Assembly (NCBI GenBank): GCA_963790305.1 | Contig: CAWBOC010000010.1 | Coordinates: 352,001-416,000 of the forward strand | Reading direction: 5' to 3' | DNA: 64,000 nt | From: an uncultured Gemmatimonadaceae bacterium | Lineage (GTDB): Bacteria > Gemmatimonadota > Gemmatimonadetes > Gemmatimonadales > Gemmatimonadaceae | In this document: positions 29,510 to 38,769 of the stretch, in pieces | Position numbering within the stretch: the first letter of the stretch is position 1 | Layout: each line of letters begins with the position of its first letter | Made by a program: the position numbers and the translations under genes | Notes under the pieces: model-generated | Seen by the model: the letters and a program-made list of their open reading frames with translations, nothing else | Database searches by the model: none | Told to the model about the DNA's origin: nothing

Positions 29510-30043
29510 GTGATCCAGCAGAGCATACCAAGCACTTCGTTCTTCACGAATGATGTTGCCGGCCTCATCAAGGTTCTGGTGACCATCGTTGTCCCGACCA
29601 CGGCCGCTATTGTCGCCAGTGTGTGGAAGTTCATGCGCGGGGACCTGCAGGCGGCTGATGCTCGTCTCCATGAGGCTGTCGAGCGCGGAGACGCAGGAAT
29701 CCGTCGTGACATCGACGGGCTCGGGACGCGCGTCGGCGCGTTCGAAACCCGCCAGACCGAGCTCGAGGGCCAGGTACGAGGGATGAGCGATCTCGTTCAG
29801 GCCCAGGCACGCGAGCTCGCGCTGGTCGCGTCGGCTCATGGGACGATCGATCGCCGGCTCATGGAATTGCGAGACGTGAACGAAGGCTTGAGGGCGTCGC
29901 TCACGGCCGCGATCCACTCTGCCGGGCGCGAGTCGACGCATGAAATCGCGCAAGTGCGTGAGCGCCTGGCGATGATCGAAAAGGTGGCGGCGCTAGTCGA
30001 GCGTGGCGTCATGAGGCATGGCACGCGCGATCGGTCGCGATGA
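29510..30043 (+). CDS. Hypothetical protein with N-terminal TM and long coiled coil
   Basis: RBS aggagg before GTG 29510; hydrophobic LIKVLVTIVVPTTAAIVASVW followed by heptad-rich helix. Confidence 0.7.
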   Translation: MIQQSIPSTSFFTNDVAGLIKVLVTIVVPTTAAIVASVWKFMRGDLQAADARLHEAVERGDAGIRRDIDGLGTRVGAFETRQTELEGQVRGMSDLVQAQARELALVASAHGTIDRRLMELRDVNEGLRASLTAAIHSAGRESTHEIAQVRERLAMIEKVAALVERGVMRHGTRDRSR

Positions 30044-30057
30044 TGTCGCGTGCGGGA

Positions 30058-30841
30058 CTATCCGTGCTCGACGACGGTGTGCGCCAGGTGCGTCTGCCCC
30101 TCGGCGCTCGACCCATCGGCGGCGCGCAGCGAATCGTGATGGACATCAAGGTGATGGAGAGCCCGAATGACGAGCGCCTCGAGCTCGCTCGTCGTCGCGA
30201 GCGTGCGATACCCCTTCTTCTCTCCACCGGGAATTGCGCTCGCGAACGGATGCCCTTCGTCTCGCCACGGCCGATGCGCGATCTCGTGCACCTCCGTCGG
30301 CGTGAGATCGGTGCGATAGGACACGAGCGACACACCCGGCCGATCCGCCCGCAAGCCTAACACCAGCTGCAATCCTGAGATGGGCGCCGGCGCCTGGCGC
30401 CGGCTCCGTGTCATCGACGACAACGAAGCACCCATCGACCGGCTCGTAAGGCGACTCCGCCGTCACCCGCGACCACAGGCGCTGATACGGAAACTGGAGA
30501 TAGCACGCGGGCGGTCCCGCGAACGTCCAGTTGCCGACGTCGTACTCCTGCCTCCGTCAGCTCGCTTCGTCACCGATCTCCGAGAAGGAATACAGGCGAC
30601 AACCAAACTCCCAGAACTGATAGCCCTGATACACGAACTCGGCGTACTCCTCCATCGCGTCGGGATCGGCGTCATCGCTCACGAAGTGCTCGAGCGCCGC
30701 ACCCACGTGGCCGAGCAGCACGAACTGATCGCGCCGACGCGTGTCGGTGCCACGCTGCGTCGCCTCGGCGCGGATCGCGGGGAAGGCGACCGCCTCGAGC
30801 GACTCGAGAAACATTTCGTATGGGGTGATTCGCGCGCTCAT
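30058..30841 (-). CDS. Hypothetical protein broken by several apparent indels
   Basis: Three ORF pieces (30557-30847, 30146-30466, 30058-30435) join into one reading MSARITPYE...YLQFPYQRLW...QLVLGLRADRPG...VVEHG. Confidence 0.6.
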
Positions 30842-30863
30842 GATCATTGAGCGCGGGCAGGGT

Positions 30864-31328
30864 TCATGCCTGCGGCGCTTCGACTCCGGCGGCGGCTCTG
30901 AGCCGGCGCACCAGCTGGTGGAGCTGCTGCTCCGTGAAGTCGATCTCCTGTGCGGCCCCTTCGAGATCGAGCAATCCTGCGCGCATCGAGACCGAGAGCT
31001 GATTGAGGTAGCGAACCTTCGCCAGGATCTCTTCCGTCACCTTCCGCAACATGGGGAAGCGCCGCTTGTTCGACAGCGCGCGACGGCACCGGGCATTCAG
31101 CTCATGCTGCGAGTACCCACGCGCAATGGCGATGACGTCTTCCTTCGTTCGGCCGGTCAGATACCCACGATCCGGCGTTCCTGCGTCATCCCAATCATCT
31201 TCGGCGAACCAGAGGCGACCGACGAACTCGAGGCCGTCGTACGCGATGCGTACGGCGACGTTGTACCGCTTGCCGTTCACCTCAATGGTGCCGACGTGCG
31301 GCTGAATGGCCTCGTTCATCGTACGCAT
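30864..31328 (-). CDS. Hypothetical protein
   Basis: 154-aa ORF with normal composition, adjacent to the hydrolase stop. Confidence 0.75.
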   Translation of the reverse strand: MRTMNEAIQPHVGTIEVNGKRYNVAVRIAYDGLEFVGRLWFAEDDWDDAGTPDRGYLTGRTKEDVIAIARGYSQHELNARCRRALSNKRRFPMLRKVTEEILAKVRYLNQLSVSMRAGLLDLEGAAQEIDFTEQQLHQLVRRLRAAAGVEAPQA

Positions 31329-31329
31329 C

Positions 31330-32226
31330 TCACCTCACCTGGACCGGCGCCGTCTCGAGAAAGCGCTCGATCTCGCGGAATAACGTCTCTGGCTCCTCCA
31401 CATATGGCACGTGACCGCTCTGCTCGAGCACCACGAGGCGCGCATCGGGAAGCGCGCTGGCAAGCGCCTCGGAAGCCTCGAGCGGAATGGGGTCGTGCCG
31501 CCCATGCAAAATCAGCACGGGAATTTCTACCTGTTCGACGCGCTGCAAGAGGTCGAAGTCACCAAGACTTTCCCACACTTGCTGTTGGACGCGGCCGATC
31601 ACGCGGAACGGGGTGAGGTCCCGAGCGCGCGCGGGGTCGGCGAAGTAGCCGGCGACTGACAGCTCGAAGGCGCGTTGGCGATAGGCATCTGGATCACGCT
31701 CGCGGAGCCCTGATTGCGCCAGCTCCTCCCTGAGCCGCAGAACGGATGCGCCCGATTGCCGCTCGCTGAAATTGGCCTCGAATTGGGCGCGATAAGCACG
31801 GGTCACCGGAGCGGGATCGATCAGGATGAGACGCGCTGGAACGGGGGTGGCCTCGTCTCGCCGCTCGAATGCCTCCACCGTGTAGAGCGTGGCGAGCAGC
31901 CCGCCCCACGAGTAGCCAACGAGCGACAACGGCTCCCCGACAAGCTCTCGTATGACGAGGCCGAGATCGGCGACGTGGGTCTCCCAGGTGATCGGGGAGC
32001 GATCCTCTGTCTTCGACTGTCCGCCGCCCCGCTGATCATAGAAAATCAGCTCGTGCTTCTCGGCCAGTGCCAGCATCTGCGGAAGCAGATAATCGTGATG
32101 CGCGCCCGGCCCTCCATGGAGAACGAGCAAGCGCGGGGCACCCTCGCGTCCGTACGCGGCCCAATAGAGAGGAACGGGCGTGGTTTTCGTGAGGCCGGAA
32201 GCGCGAGGCCGGGGGATTGGCGCCAT
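31330..32226 (-). CDS. Alpha/beta hydrolase (proline iminopeptidase-like)
   Basis: HGGPG, YDQRGGG, nucleophile GYSWGG, D in GRHDP, H in SGHVP. Confidence 0.9.
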   Translation of the reverse strand: MAPIPRPRASGLTKTTPVPLYWAAYGREGAPRLLVLHGGPGAHHDYLLPQMLALAEKHELIFYDQRGGGQSKTEDRSPITWETHVADLGLVIRELVGEPLSLVGYSWGGLLATLYTVEAFERRDEATPVPARLILIDPAPVTRAYRAQFEANFSERQSGASVLRLREELAQSGLRERDPDAYRQRAFELSVAGYFADPARARDLTPFRVIGRVQQQVWESLGDFDLLQRVEQVEIPVLILHGRHDPIPLEASEALASALPDARLVVLEQSGHVPYVEEPETLFREIERFLETAPVQVR

Positions 32227-32240
32227 GGCGAAGGATACCA

Positions 32241-32348
32241 TGAGGACTGAGGGGTGAGGAGTGAGGAATTCGATGGAGTGGCGTTTTCATCAATGATTTC
32301 CCACTCCCCACTCCCCACTCCCCACTCCTCACTCCTCACTCCTCACTC
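32241..32348. repeat. Inverted heptamer-repeat element, family E (TGAGGAG / CTCCYCA)n
   Basis: tgaggactgaggggtgaggagtgagga ... tcccactccccactccccactccccactcctcactcctcactcctcactc, between divergent genes. Confidence 0.85.
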
Positions 32349-32421
32349 TCCGTTCCTCATTGCCGAGGTCGTGAAAGGGGTCTATAATCGACGCCCCCCA
32401 GATGTCTGGAATGAGGTAACG

Positions 32422-32940
32422 ATGACCACAGCCACCGCGAACGCCACCAAGAGTCAAAAGCAGCAATTTCTGGAAGGATTCGAGCGTGAGACGGCGACGA
32501 CGCTGAAGGTCCTCAAGGCGTATCCCGCGGATCAAAGCGAGCTTCGCCCACAGGAGCGAATGAAGACGGCTCGTGAGCTTGCCGCAATGTTCACCATGGA
32601 GATGGCGGCCATCGACGCCGTGGTACGCGGGACGTTTACCTTCCCACCGAAGCCACCACCGATGCCTCAGAACTGGCAGGAGGTCGTCGATGCCTTCGAG
32701 AAGACTCGCGCGCGCACCCTCGAGGGACTGCACGACGTGACCGACGAATCGCTGGCGTCGGGCACGGTCACCTTTCCCACCGCTCCCAAAAAGGTGAGCG
32801 AGTGGCAGAAGCTGCCGTTCGCGTGGTTCCTCTTGTTCGACCAGATCCATCACCGCGGGCAGCTCTCGGTGTATCTGCGCCTGGCGGGCGGCAAGCTTCC
32901 GTCGATCTACGGGCCCACCGCCGACGAGCCCTGGACCTAA
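32422..32940 (+). CDS. DinB family protein
   Basis: RETATTLKVLKAYP, TARELA, IHHRGQLSVYLRLAGGKLPSIYGP. Confidence 0.9.
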   Translation: MTTATANATKSQKQQFLEGFERETATTLKVLKAYPADQSELRPQERMKTARELAAMFTMEMAAIDAVVRGTFTFPPKPPPMPQNWQEVVDAFEKTRARTLEGLHDVTDESLASGTVTFPTAPKKVSEWQKLPFAWFLLFDQIHHRGQLSVYLRLAGGKLPSIYGPTADEPWT

Positions 32941-32969
32941 CGAACGCTCACTTTCAGCCTCAACGCCTC

Positions 32970-33608
32970 ATGATTCGCTTCTCGCTTCTCGCAGCCGCGG
33001 CGTTCGCGCTTCCGCTCGCCGCTCAGCAACCCAATGCCAAGCCTGCGTCGCGTCCGACCCTCCCCGAGGGATGGCAGGTACGGCTCGACCGCGCGAATGC
33101 CAACGCCACGGCCATCAAGTTCGCGACGATGCCCCCCGGATGGCACGTCACCGCCGGGCCCTCGGCGATCTACTGGAATACGCAGAACATGGGAAGCGGC
33201 CAGTACGAGGTGCGCTCGTCGATCATCCTGATGAGGCCCTCCGCCCACCCGGAAGCGTACGGACTTTTCTTCGGCGGCAAGAATCTCGATACCGATGAAC
33301 AGCGCTATAACTATTTTCTCGTCAGGCAGGATGGGAAATACCTGATCAAGCATCGCGACGGCACCGAGACGCATACGATCGTCGACTGGACGGCCCATCC
33401 CGCGGTGAAAGTGCCCGAGGGGCAGGGCGAGGCCAGCAACGATCTCACCGTGCGCGTCGGGAGCGACTCGGTCGCGTTCCTCGTCAACGGGCAGCAGGTG
33501 AACGCCTTCCCGCGCAGCGCGATCGCGGATATTGACGGGCAGGCGGGGCTGCGCATCAATCACAATCTGGATGTGCACGTGGCGAAGCTGGAGGTCGGAA
33601 AGCCTTAG
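32970..33608 (+). CDS. Secreted beta-sandwich protein (DUF1080/concanavalin-like, tentative)
   Basis: Signal peptide; HPEAYGLFFGG, YFLVRQDGKYLIK, GLRINHNLDV. Confidence 0.7.
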   Translation: MIRFSLLAAAAFALPLAAQQPNAKPASRPTLPEGWQVRLDRANANATAIKFATMPPGWHVTAGPSAIYWNTQNMGSGQYEVRSSIILMRPSAHPEAYGLFFGGKNLDTDEQRYNYFLVRQDGKYLIKHRDGTETHTIVDWTAHPAVKVPEGQGEASNDLTVRVGSDSVAFLVNGQQVNAFPRSAIADIDGQAGLRINHNLDVHVAKLEVGKP

Positions 33609-33626
33609 TCTCGCGCGCAAGGTACG

Positions 33627-33732
33627 ACTGCAATAACCACAGAGGCACAGAGGGCACAGAGGAACGGCGAACTGCTCGTTCGAGCAGTTCGCCGTTCCTC
33701 TGTGCCCTCTGTGCCTCTGTGGTTATTGCAGT
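33627..33732. repeat. Perfect 52-bp-arm palindrome with nonamer repeats, family D (CACAGAGGG-like)
   Basis: actgcaataaccacagaggcacagagggcacagaggaacggcgaactgctcg-tt-exact reverse complement; between convergent genes. Confidence 0.97.
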
Positions 33733-33736
33733 GTGT

Positions 33737-34642
33737 TCACGCGCAAAACTGGCCCGCGATCCTCGCCGTCGCGACATGAATCGCGACGGTCTCCCGCACA
33801 TCAACGCCATATCCTCCCGCGATCGCGATCGCCACCGGGATCCCGACCTCCCGGCACGCCTCCAGCACCATCGCGTCGCGGCGCTCCAGTCCATCGAAGG
33901 TCAGCTTCAGTCGTCCCAGACGGTCGCGCTCGTGCGGGTCGGCGCCGGCGAGGTACACGACCAGATCCGGTCTGCCTTCGTTGAGCACGTGGGGTAATGC
34001 GTTGGCGAGGAGCGCGAGATACTCATCGTCGCCCGTGCCGTCGCCAAGCTCGATGTCGAGCGTTCCCGGCACCTTGTGAAAGGGATAATTCCGGCCGCCA
34101 TGCATGCTGAACGTGAACGTCTCGGTGTCACCGGCGAAGATCGCGTGCGTACCGTTGCCCTGGTGCACGTCGAGATCGACGATCGCCGCTCTGCGAATGA
34201 GCCCTTCCGCGCGCAAACTGCGAATCGCGATCGCGACATCGTTGAAGACGCAGAAGCCCTCGCCGCGGTCGGGAAAGGCATGGTGCGTTCCGCCGGCGAG
34301 GTTCATCGCCACGCCGTCCTCGAGCGCGCGACGCGCGGCGCCGAGCGTGCCTCCAACCGCTCGATAGGATCGCTCGACGAGCGCCGGGGACCAGGGGAAG
34401 CCGAGTAGACGCAGCTCGGCCTCGCTCAGCGTGCCATTCGTGAGGCGCTCGACGTAATCGCGGGTGTGCACGCGCTCCAGCTCCTCGACGGTCGCGCGTG
34501 CAGGCTCGTGGACGTTCGACGCGGCAACCAGCCCCTCCGCGATGACCGCGTCGCGGAGGAGCGCGTACTTCTCGATCGGAAAGCGATGGCCCGCGGGAAG
34601 CGGGAAAGTGTAGGCGGCCGAGCTCCAGGCGTGGAGCGGCAC
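33737..34642 (-). CDS. Histone deacetylase family protein
   Basis: HRFP, GGTHHA, GFCVFNDVA, DLDVHQGNGT, AGADP, GGY. Confidence 0.95.
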   Translation of the reverse strand: MPLHAWSSAAYTFPLPAGHRFPIEKYALLRDAVIAEGLVAASNVHEPARATVEELERVHTRDYVERLTNGTLSEAELRLLGFPWSPALVERSYRAVGGTLGAARRALEDGVAMNLAGGTHHAFPDRGEGFCVFNDVAIAIRSLRAEGLIRRAAIVDLDVHQGNGTHAIFAGDTETFTFSMHGGRNYPFHKVPGTLDIELGDGTGDDEYLALLANALPHVLNEGRPDLVVYLAGADPHERDRLGRLKLTFDGLERRDAMVLEACREVGIPVAIAIAGGYGVDVRETVAIHVATARIAGQFCA

Positions 34643-34648
34643 GCGCTG

Positions 34649-35989
34649 TCAGGGAAGGGCGGCGGTCGTCGGCGTCCCTGGCTGCTTGTACACCACGCCA
34701 TCCTTCATCACGAAGATCACACGCTCGGCGGCCGTGATGTCCCGCGTGATGTCGCCCGGCACCGCCACGATGTCGGCGAGCTTGTTGGCGGCGAGCGTGC
34801 CGAGGCGGTCGTCCCAGCCTAACAGCTTCGCGGCGCTGCTCGTCCCCGCGACGATGGCTTCCATCGGCGTGAGCCCGCCCCACTCGACCATGAGGCGCAT
34901 CTCGCGGGCGTTCGTCCCATGCTGAATGACACCGGCGTCAGTACCGAGCGCGAGCTTCACGTTGTTGCTCTTCGCGATCTTGATGGCGTTGCGCATGGCC
35001 GCTGCCGCCGCGAGCGCCTTCTCGGCGCGCAGCCCCTTGAGCGTTCCGTCTCTCGCCGCGCGCTCGACTGCCTCGCCCGCCATCAACGTGGGGACGAGAT
35101 AGGTTCCCTGCTGGGCCATCAACCGCGCTCCTTCCACGTCGAGAAAGGAGCCATGCTCGATCGAGGCGACGCCGGCGCGCGTCGCGATCTTGATGCCCTC
35201 GGTCCCATGAGCGTGCGCGGCGACCTTGCGATCGTGCTTCGCCGCCTCGTCCACCATCGCGCGCATCTCCTCCAGACCGTACTGCACGTTCCCGACGGCA
35301 TCGCCCTCCGACAAAACACCGCCCGTGGCGCAGGTCTTGATGAGGTCGGCGCCGTACTTGATCTGGTAGCGAACGGCGGCGCGCACCTGCTCGGGACCGT
35401 CGGCGATGCCGGTGGTGGGATCGCCATCCATGAGGCCGGGCTTGAAGGCGTTGTTGTCGCAATGTCCGCCGGTGATGCCTAGCGAGTAGGAGGCTCCCTG
35501 CATCCGGGGGCCGCGAACCTTCCCCTCACCGATCGCCTTCTTGAGGGCGAGGTCGGCCCAATGCTCGGCGCCGACGTTGCGGATCGTCGTGAAGCCGGCC
35601 ATGAGCGTGCGCTCGGCGTGCACGACGGAGACCACAGCCCCGTAGGTGTTGAAGTCCTTCACGCTCTCAAGGTCATTTCCCGGGTCACCGAGGACGCGAC
35701 CGCTGATGTGCGTGTGCGCATCGATGAAGCCGGGAAGGAGAGTCGCGTCGCCGAGATCGATCGTTTGCGCGCCGGCGGGTACGGTCACCGAGCCGCTGCG
35801 GCCGACCGCGGTGATGCGGTTTCCGCTTACCACGACCACGCCATTGGCGATCGGGGCGCCTCCCGACCCGTCGATGACGCGTGCGGCTCGCAGCACGATC
35901 GTTGTCGGGGCCTGGGCCGGCTGTTGGGCCTGGGTGACGCCAGCGAAGGCGAGTGCGGTGAGCGCGGTCGAGAGTCGGGTGTGGCTCAT
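34649..35989 (-). CDS. Secreted amidohydrolase (Xaa-Pro dipeptidase-like)
   Basis: PGFIDAHTH, IKTCATGGVLS, AAHAHG, SIEHG, GTDAG; signal peptide. Confidence 0.92.
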   Translation of the reverse strand: MSHTRLSTALTALAFAGVTQAQQPAQAPTTIVLRAARVIDGSGGAPIANGVVVVSGNRITAVGRSGSVTVPAGAQTIDLGDATLLPGFIDAHTHISGRVLGDPGNDLESVKDFNTYGAVVSVVHAERTLMAGFTTIRNVGAEHWADLALKKAIGEGKVRGPRMQGASYSLGITGGHCDNNAFKPGLMDGDPTTGIADGPEQVRAAVRYQIKYGADLIKTCATGGVLSEGDAVGNVQYGLEEMRAMVDEAAKHDRKVAAHAHGTEGIKIATRAGVASIEHGSFLDVEGARLMAQQGTYLVPTLMAGEAVERAARDGTLKGLRAEKALAAAAAMRNAIKIAKSNNVKLALGTDAGVIQHGTNAREMRLMVEWGGLTPMEAIVAGTSSAAKLLGWDDRLGTLAANKLADIVAVPGDITRDITAAERVIFVMKDGVVYKQPGTPTTAALP

Positions 35990-36068
35990 GGAAGGCTGGA
36001 CTAAGTGGTGAAACCGCAGATGGCCGCAGAAGGCCGCAATCACTGCAACCGCAACGTCACAACCGGGC

Positions 36069-37400
36069 TCAGCTCCGCCTGCCTAACGTTGCCGTCAGCT
36101 CGACGCGCGTGCCCTCGCGCAACACCACGATCTTTACGGTGTCCCCGGGCTTCCGGGCCTGGAGCGCATCGGTGTACTCGTACAGGTCCTTCACCGTCTT
36201 GCCGTCGAACTCGACGATGATGTCGCCTGCCTTGAGCCCCGCCTTGTCGGCAGGACTGTCGGTGCGGACGCCGGTCAGGCGCACGCCCGGAGTCTCCGGC
36301 GCGCTCATGTCGGGGATCGATCCCAGGTAGACCTCGCGGCCGCGCCCCGTGCCCGCCACCGGCGCCGGACGGCTCACGCGTACCAGCGTCAGGCGCTCAC
36401 CACGGTCCGCAATCGTGCGAACGACCCGTTCGGCCAACCCCACTACGCGACCCACGCCGGCCGCGCTCACCTTGTCTGCATCATCGGTGGCACGATGGTA
36501 GTCCTCGTGCAGGTCGGTGAAGAAGTGCAGCACCGGAATCCCTCGCGCGTAGAACGACGAGTGGTCCGACGGGCCATAGCCATCGCCGACGCCGCGCACG
36601 TCGAGGCCCGTGCCTGTCGCCGCGCTGTCCACCAGCGCGCGCATCTCCGTCGCCGTCTCCACGCCGTACACGATCACGCGGTCGTTCCGCAGGCGACCGA
36701 CCATGTCGAAGTTGAGCATCGCCACGACGCGATCGATCGGCACCGGCGACCGATCGACGAACCGCTGCGAGCCGAGGAGCCCGAGCTCCTCGCCGCTGAA
36801 GGTGACGAAGATGACGGAGCGACGCGGGGTCTGACGCGCCAGCAGGCGCGCCAGCTCCATCACCGCGGCGGTACCAGACGCGTTGTCATCCGCTCCGTTG
36901 CGGACGGCCTCGGCCGAATCGGGATCCAGAGCGCTTGCGCCGGAGCGGCCGAGGTGGTCGAAGTGAGCGCCGATGACGACGTATTCGTTCGCGAGGGCGG
37001 GGTCGGTCCCACGCAACAGCGCGACGACATTCTGCGACGGCAGCTCGGATGGCAGGCCTGCGTGGGCTGCTGCTGCCGAGCGCGCGACGAATGGCTGGAA
37101 GTACTTCCGCTCGCATCGCGCATGCAGCGTGGCATCTGAGCTCTGGCATCCGCTGGCGACCGTCGTGAGACGAAGCGATTCGAAGCGACGGGCGATGTAC
37201 GCGGCGGCGCTGTCGTTGCCGGCGGTCCCGGTGCCACGCCCTTCGAATGCCGCGCTCGCGAGGTGCTCGACATCGCGCCGAATCGCCATCGTGTCGGGGG
37301 CGTCCCGGGCGTCGCGGCTCGTCGTCGTCGATGGCGGCGATGGTTGGCAGGCGCTGAGCGCGAGGAATGAGAGGGCGAGCGAAGAAACTGGCCGAAACAT
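36069..37400 (-). CDS. M28 family peptidase with C-terminal PDZ domain, lipoprotein
   Basis: GAHFDHLG, GADDNASG, GEELGLLGS, NFDMVG, SDH, YH; PDZ YLGSIPD...SPADKAGLKAGD; lipobox LSAC. Confidence 0.95.
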   Translation of the reverse strand: MFRPVSSLALSFLALSACQPSPPSTTTSRDARDAPDTMAIRRDVEHLASAAFEGRGTGTAGNDSAAAYIARRFESLRLTTVASGCQSSDATLHARCERKYFQPFVARSAAAAHAGLPSELPSQNVVALLRGTDPALANEYVVIGAHFDHLGRSGASALDPDSAEAVRNGADDNASGTAAVMELARLLARQTPRRSVIFVTFSGEELGLLGSQRFVDRSPVPIDRVVAMLNFDMVGRLRNDRVIVYGVETATEMRALVDSAATGTGLDVRGVGDGYGPSDHSSFYARGIPVLHFFTDLHEDYHRATDDADKVSAAGVGRVVGLAERVVRTIADRGERLTLVRVSRPAPVAGTGRGREVYLGSIPDMSAPETPGVRLTGVRTDSPADKAGLKAGDIIVEFDGKTVKDLYEYTDALQARKPGDTVKIVVLREGTRVELTATLGRRS

Positions 37401-37471
37401 GCGGAGGCGTGTTGGAGGGTGCGTGGTCCTCCGTATCTTACGCGCGGGTCACGCCCCTCGCCAAGAACTAC

Positions 37472-38035
37472 GTGTCCACGATCGCCCTCGCCCTCATCCC
37501 CCGCGCCGTCGCCCTCAATCTCGCCATTGGCGCGATCGTGGCGGCGCTGAAGCTTCCCGTCTATCTGGACTCGGTCGGAACCATACTGGTCGCGGCGCTC
37601 GCCGGACCGCTGGCGGGCATCATCACCGGTGTGACGTCGAATCTCGTGCTGGGCATGCTTTCCAGCCCGACGTTCATCGCGTTCATCCCGGTGACGGCGG
37701 TGATCGGCGCGACCGCCGGAATAGCCTCACGAGTAGGCGCCTTTCGCACCGTGCCGCGTGCCCTCGCGGCCGGCGTGGTGATCGGGCTGCTCGCCGGCGC
37801 CGCTTCCGTTCCGATCGTGCTGGCTCTGTTCGGCGGCGTGACGGCGGGGGGGACGGGAATCATCACGATCATCCTGCGAGCGCTCGATCTGCCGCTCGAG
37901 TCGGCCGCGCTGATCTCGAGCATCAGCGTGGACGTGCTCGACAAGGCGGTCTCCTGCGTCATCGTCGCCGCGGTGTTGGCGAGGCTGCCGCGTCGCATCG
38001 GAGCGCGCTTCGGCCTTCCGCATCCCGCTGCGTGA
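37472..38035 (+). CDS. ECF transporter S component (QrtT-like)
   Basis: Very hydrophobic; LKLPVYLDSVGTILVAALAGP..G..TG motif; followed by T and A components. Confidence 0.8.
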   Translation: MSTIALALIPRAVALNLAIGAIVAALKLPVYLDSVGTILVAALAGPLAGIITGVTSNLVLGMLSSPTFIAFIPVTAVIGATAGIASRVGAFRTVPRALAAGVVIGLLAGAASVPIVLALFGGVTAGGTGIITIILRALDLPLESAALISSISVDVLDKAVSCVIVAAVLARLPRRIGARFGLPHPAA

Positions 38036-38769
38036 TCGCGCGACTTCGCAGCGTCAACCCGCTCACCGCACTCGCGGCCGCCGTACTGCTCGTCGTCGTG
38101 ACCTACGTCATCCCGGCGCCAGTTGGACCGCTGGCCGCCCTGGCGCTGGCATTCACGTTGGCGGCGATGACCAGCGTCGCCCGTCGTGTCGCGATTCTCG
38201 CCGCCGCCGTCGCGATACCGACCTGGATCTTCCTCGCCGTGATGAATGCGATCGTGGCTCCGGAGGGGGATATCGTCCGCGTCGCCGGCGTGAACATCGC
38301 CGCGCATGCACTGCTCCCCGCGGCCTGGATTGCCCTCCGCCTTGGCGCCGCGGTCGCGGCGCTCGCCTGGGTGGTAATGACGACGCCGCCACAGCGTCTC
38401 GTTCGCGCCCTCGCCCAACGCGGGCTGCCGGCGTGGTCGCAGTACTTGCTCGCGGCGTCCCTCGCCGCCGTTCCCGAGGCTCGGCGACGCGCGCGCGAGG
38501 TGCTCGATGCGCAGCGGTGTCGCGGACTCGCCGTTGGCGGCGGTCCGCTCGCGCGCCTTCGCGCGACGCTCCCACTCGCGGGGCCGCTGATGGTGTCGCT
38601 CGTCACCGAGGCCGAGCGGCGCGCTCTCGCGCTCGATGCGCGAGCATTCGACGCGCGCGGTGCGAGGACCTCACTCACGGAAGTCGCGGACCCTAACGGG
38701 GAACGCACGCTGCGGACGGTGATGTGGGGCCTGGCGATCGCCCTCATTGTGCTGGGGCTGATTCGATGA
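38032..38769 (+). CDS. ECF transporter transmembrane component T (CbiQ family)
   Basis: AQRCRG and ALALDARAF coupling motifs; GTGA overlap with the S gene. Confidence 0.85.
   Translation: MIARLRSVNPLTALAAAVLLVVVTYVIPAPVGPLAALALAFTLAAMTSVARRVAILAAAVAIPTWIFLAVMNAIVAPEGDIVRVAGVNIAAHALLPAAWIALRLGAAVAALAWVVMTTPPQRLVRALAQRGLPAWSQYLLAASLAAVPEARRRAREVLDAQRCRGLAVGGGPLARLRATLPLAGPLMVSLVTEAERRALALDARAFDARGARTSLTEVADPNGERTLRTVMWGLAIALIVLGLIR

Noticed and set aside
27244..30043. Intact prophage
   Set aside because: No integrase, terminase, structural genes or att repeats; only a remnant or domesticated origin remains possible.
30557..30559. In-frame TGA with the same frame continuing (possible selenocysteine or readthrough)
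   Set aside because: Three nearby single-base insertions give a more natural reading (SESVTKRLTEQEYD); no Cys-like context; the region has other indels.
30040..30850. Plus-strand ORFs 30040-30360 and 30380-30850
   Set aside because: Antisense shadows of the frameshifted minus-strand gene.
37401..37471. preQ1 or other riboswitch ahead of the ECF transporter
   Set aside because: Short GC-rich spacer with no preQ1 stem or A-rich tail.
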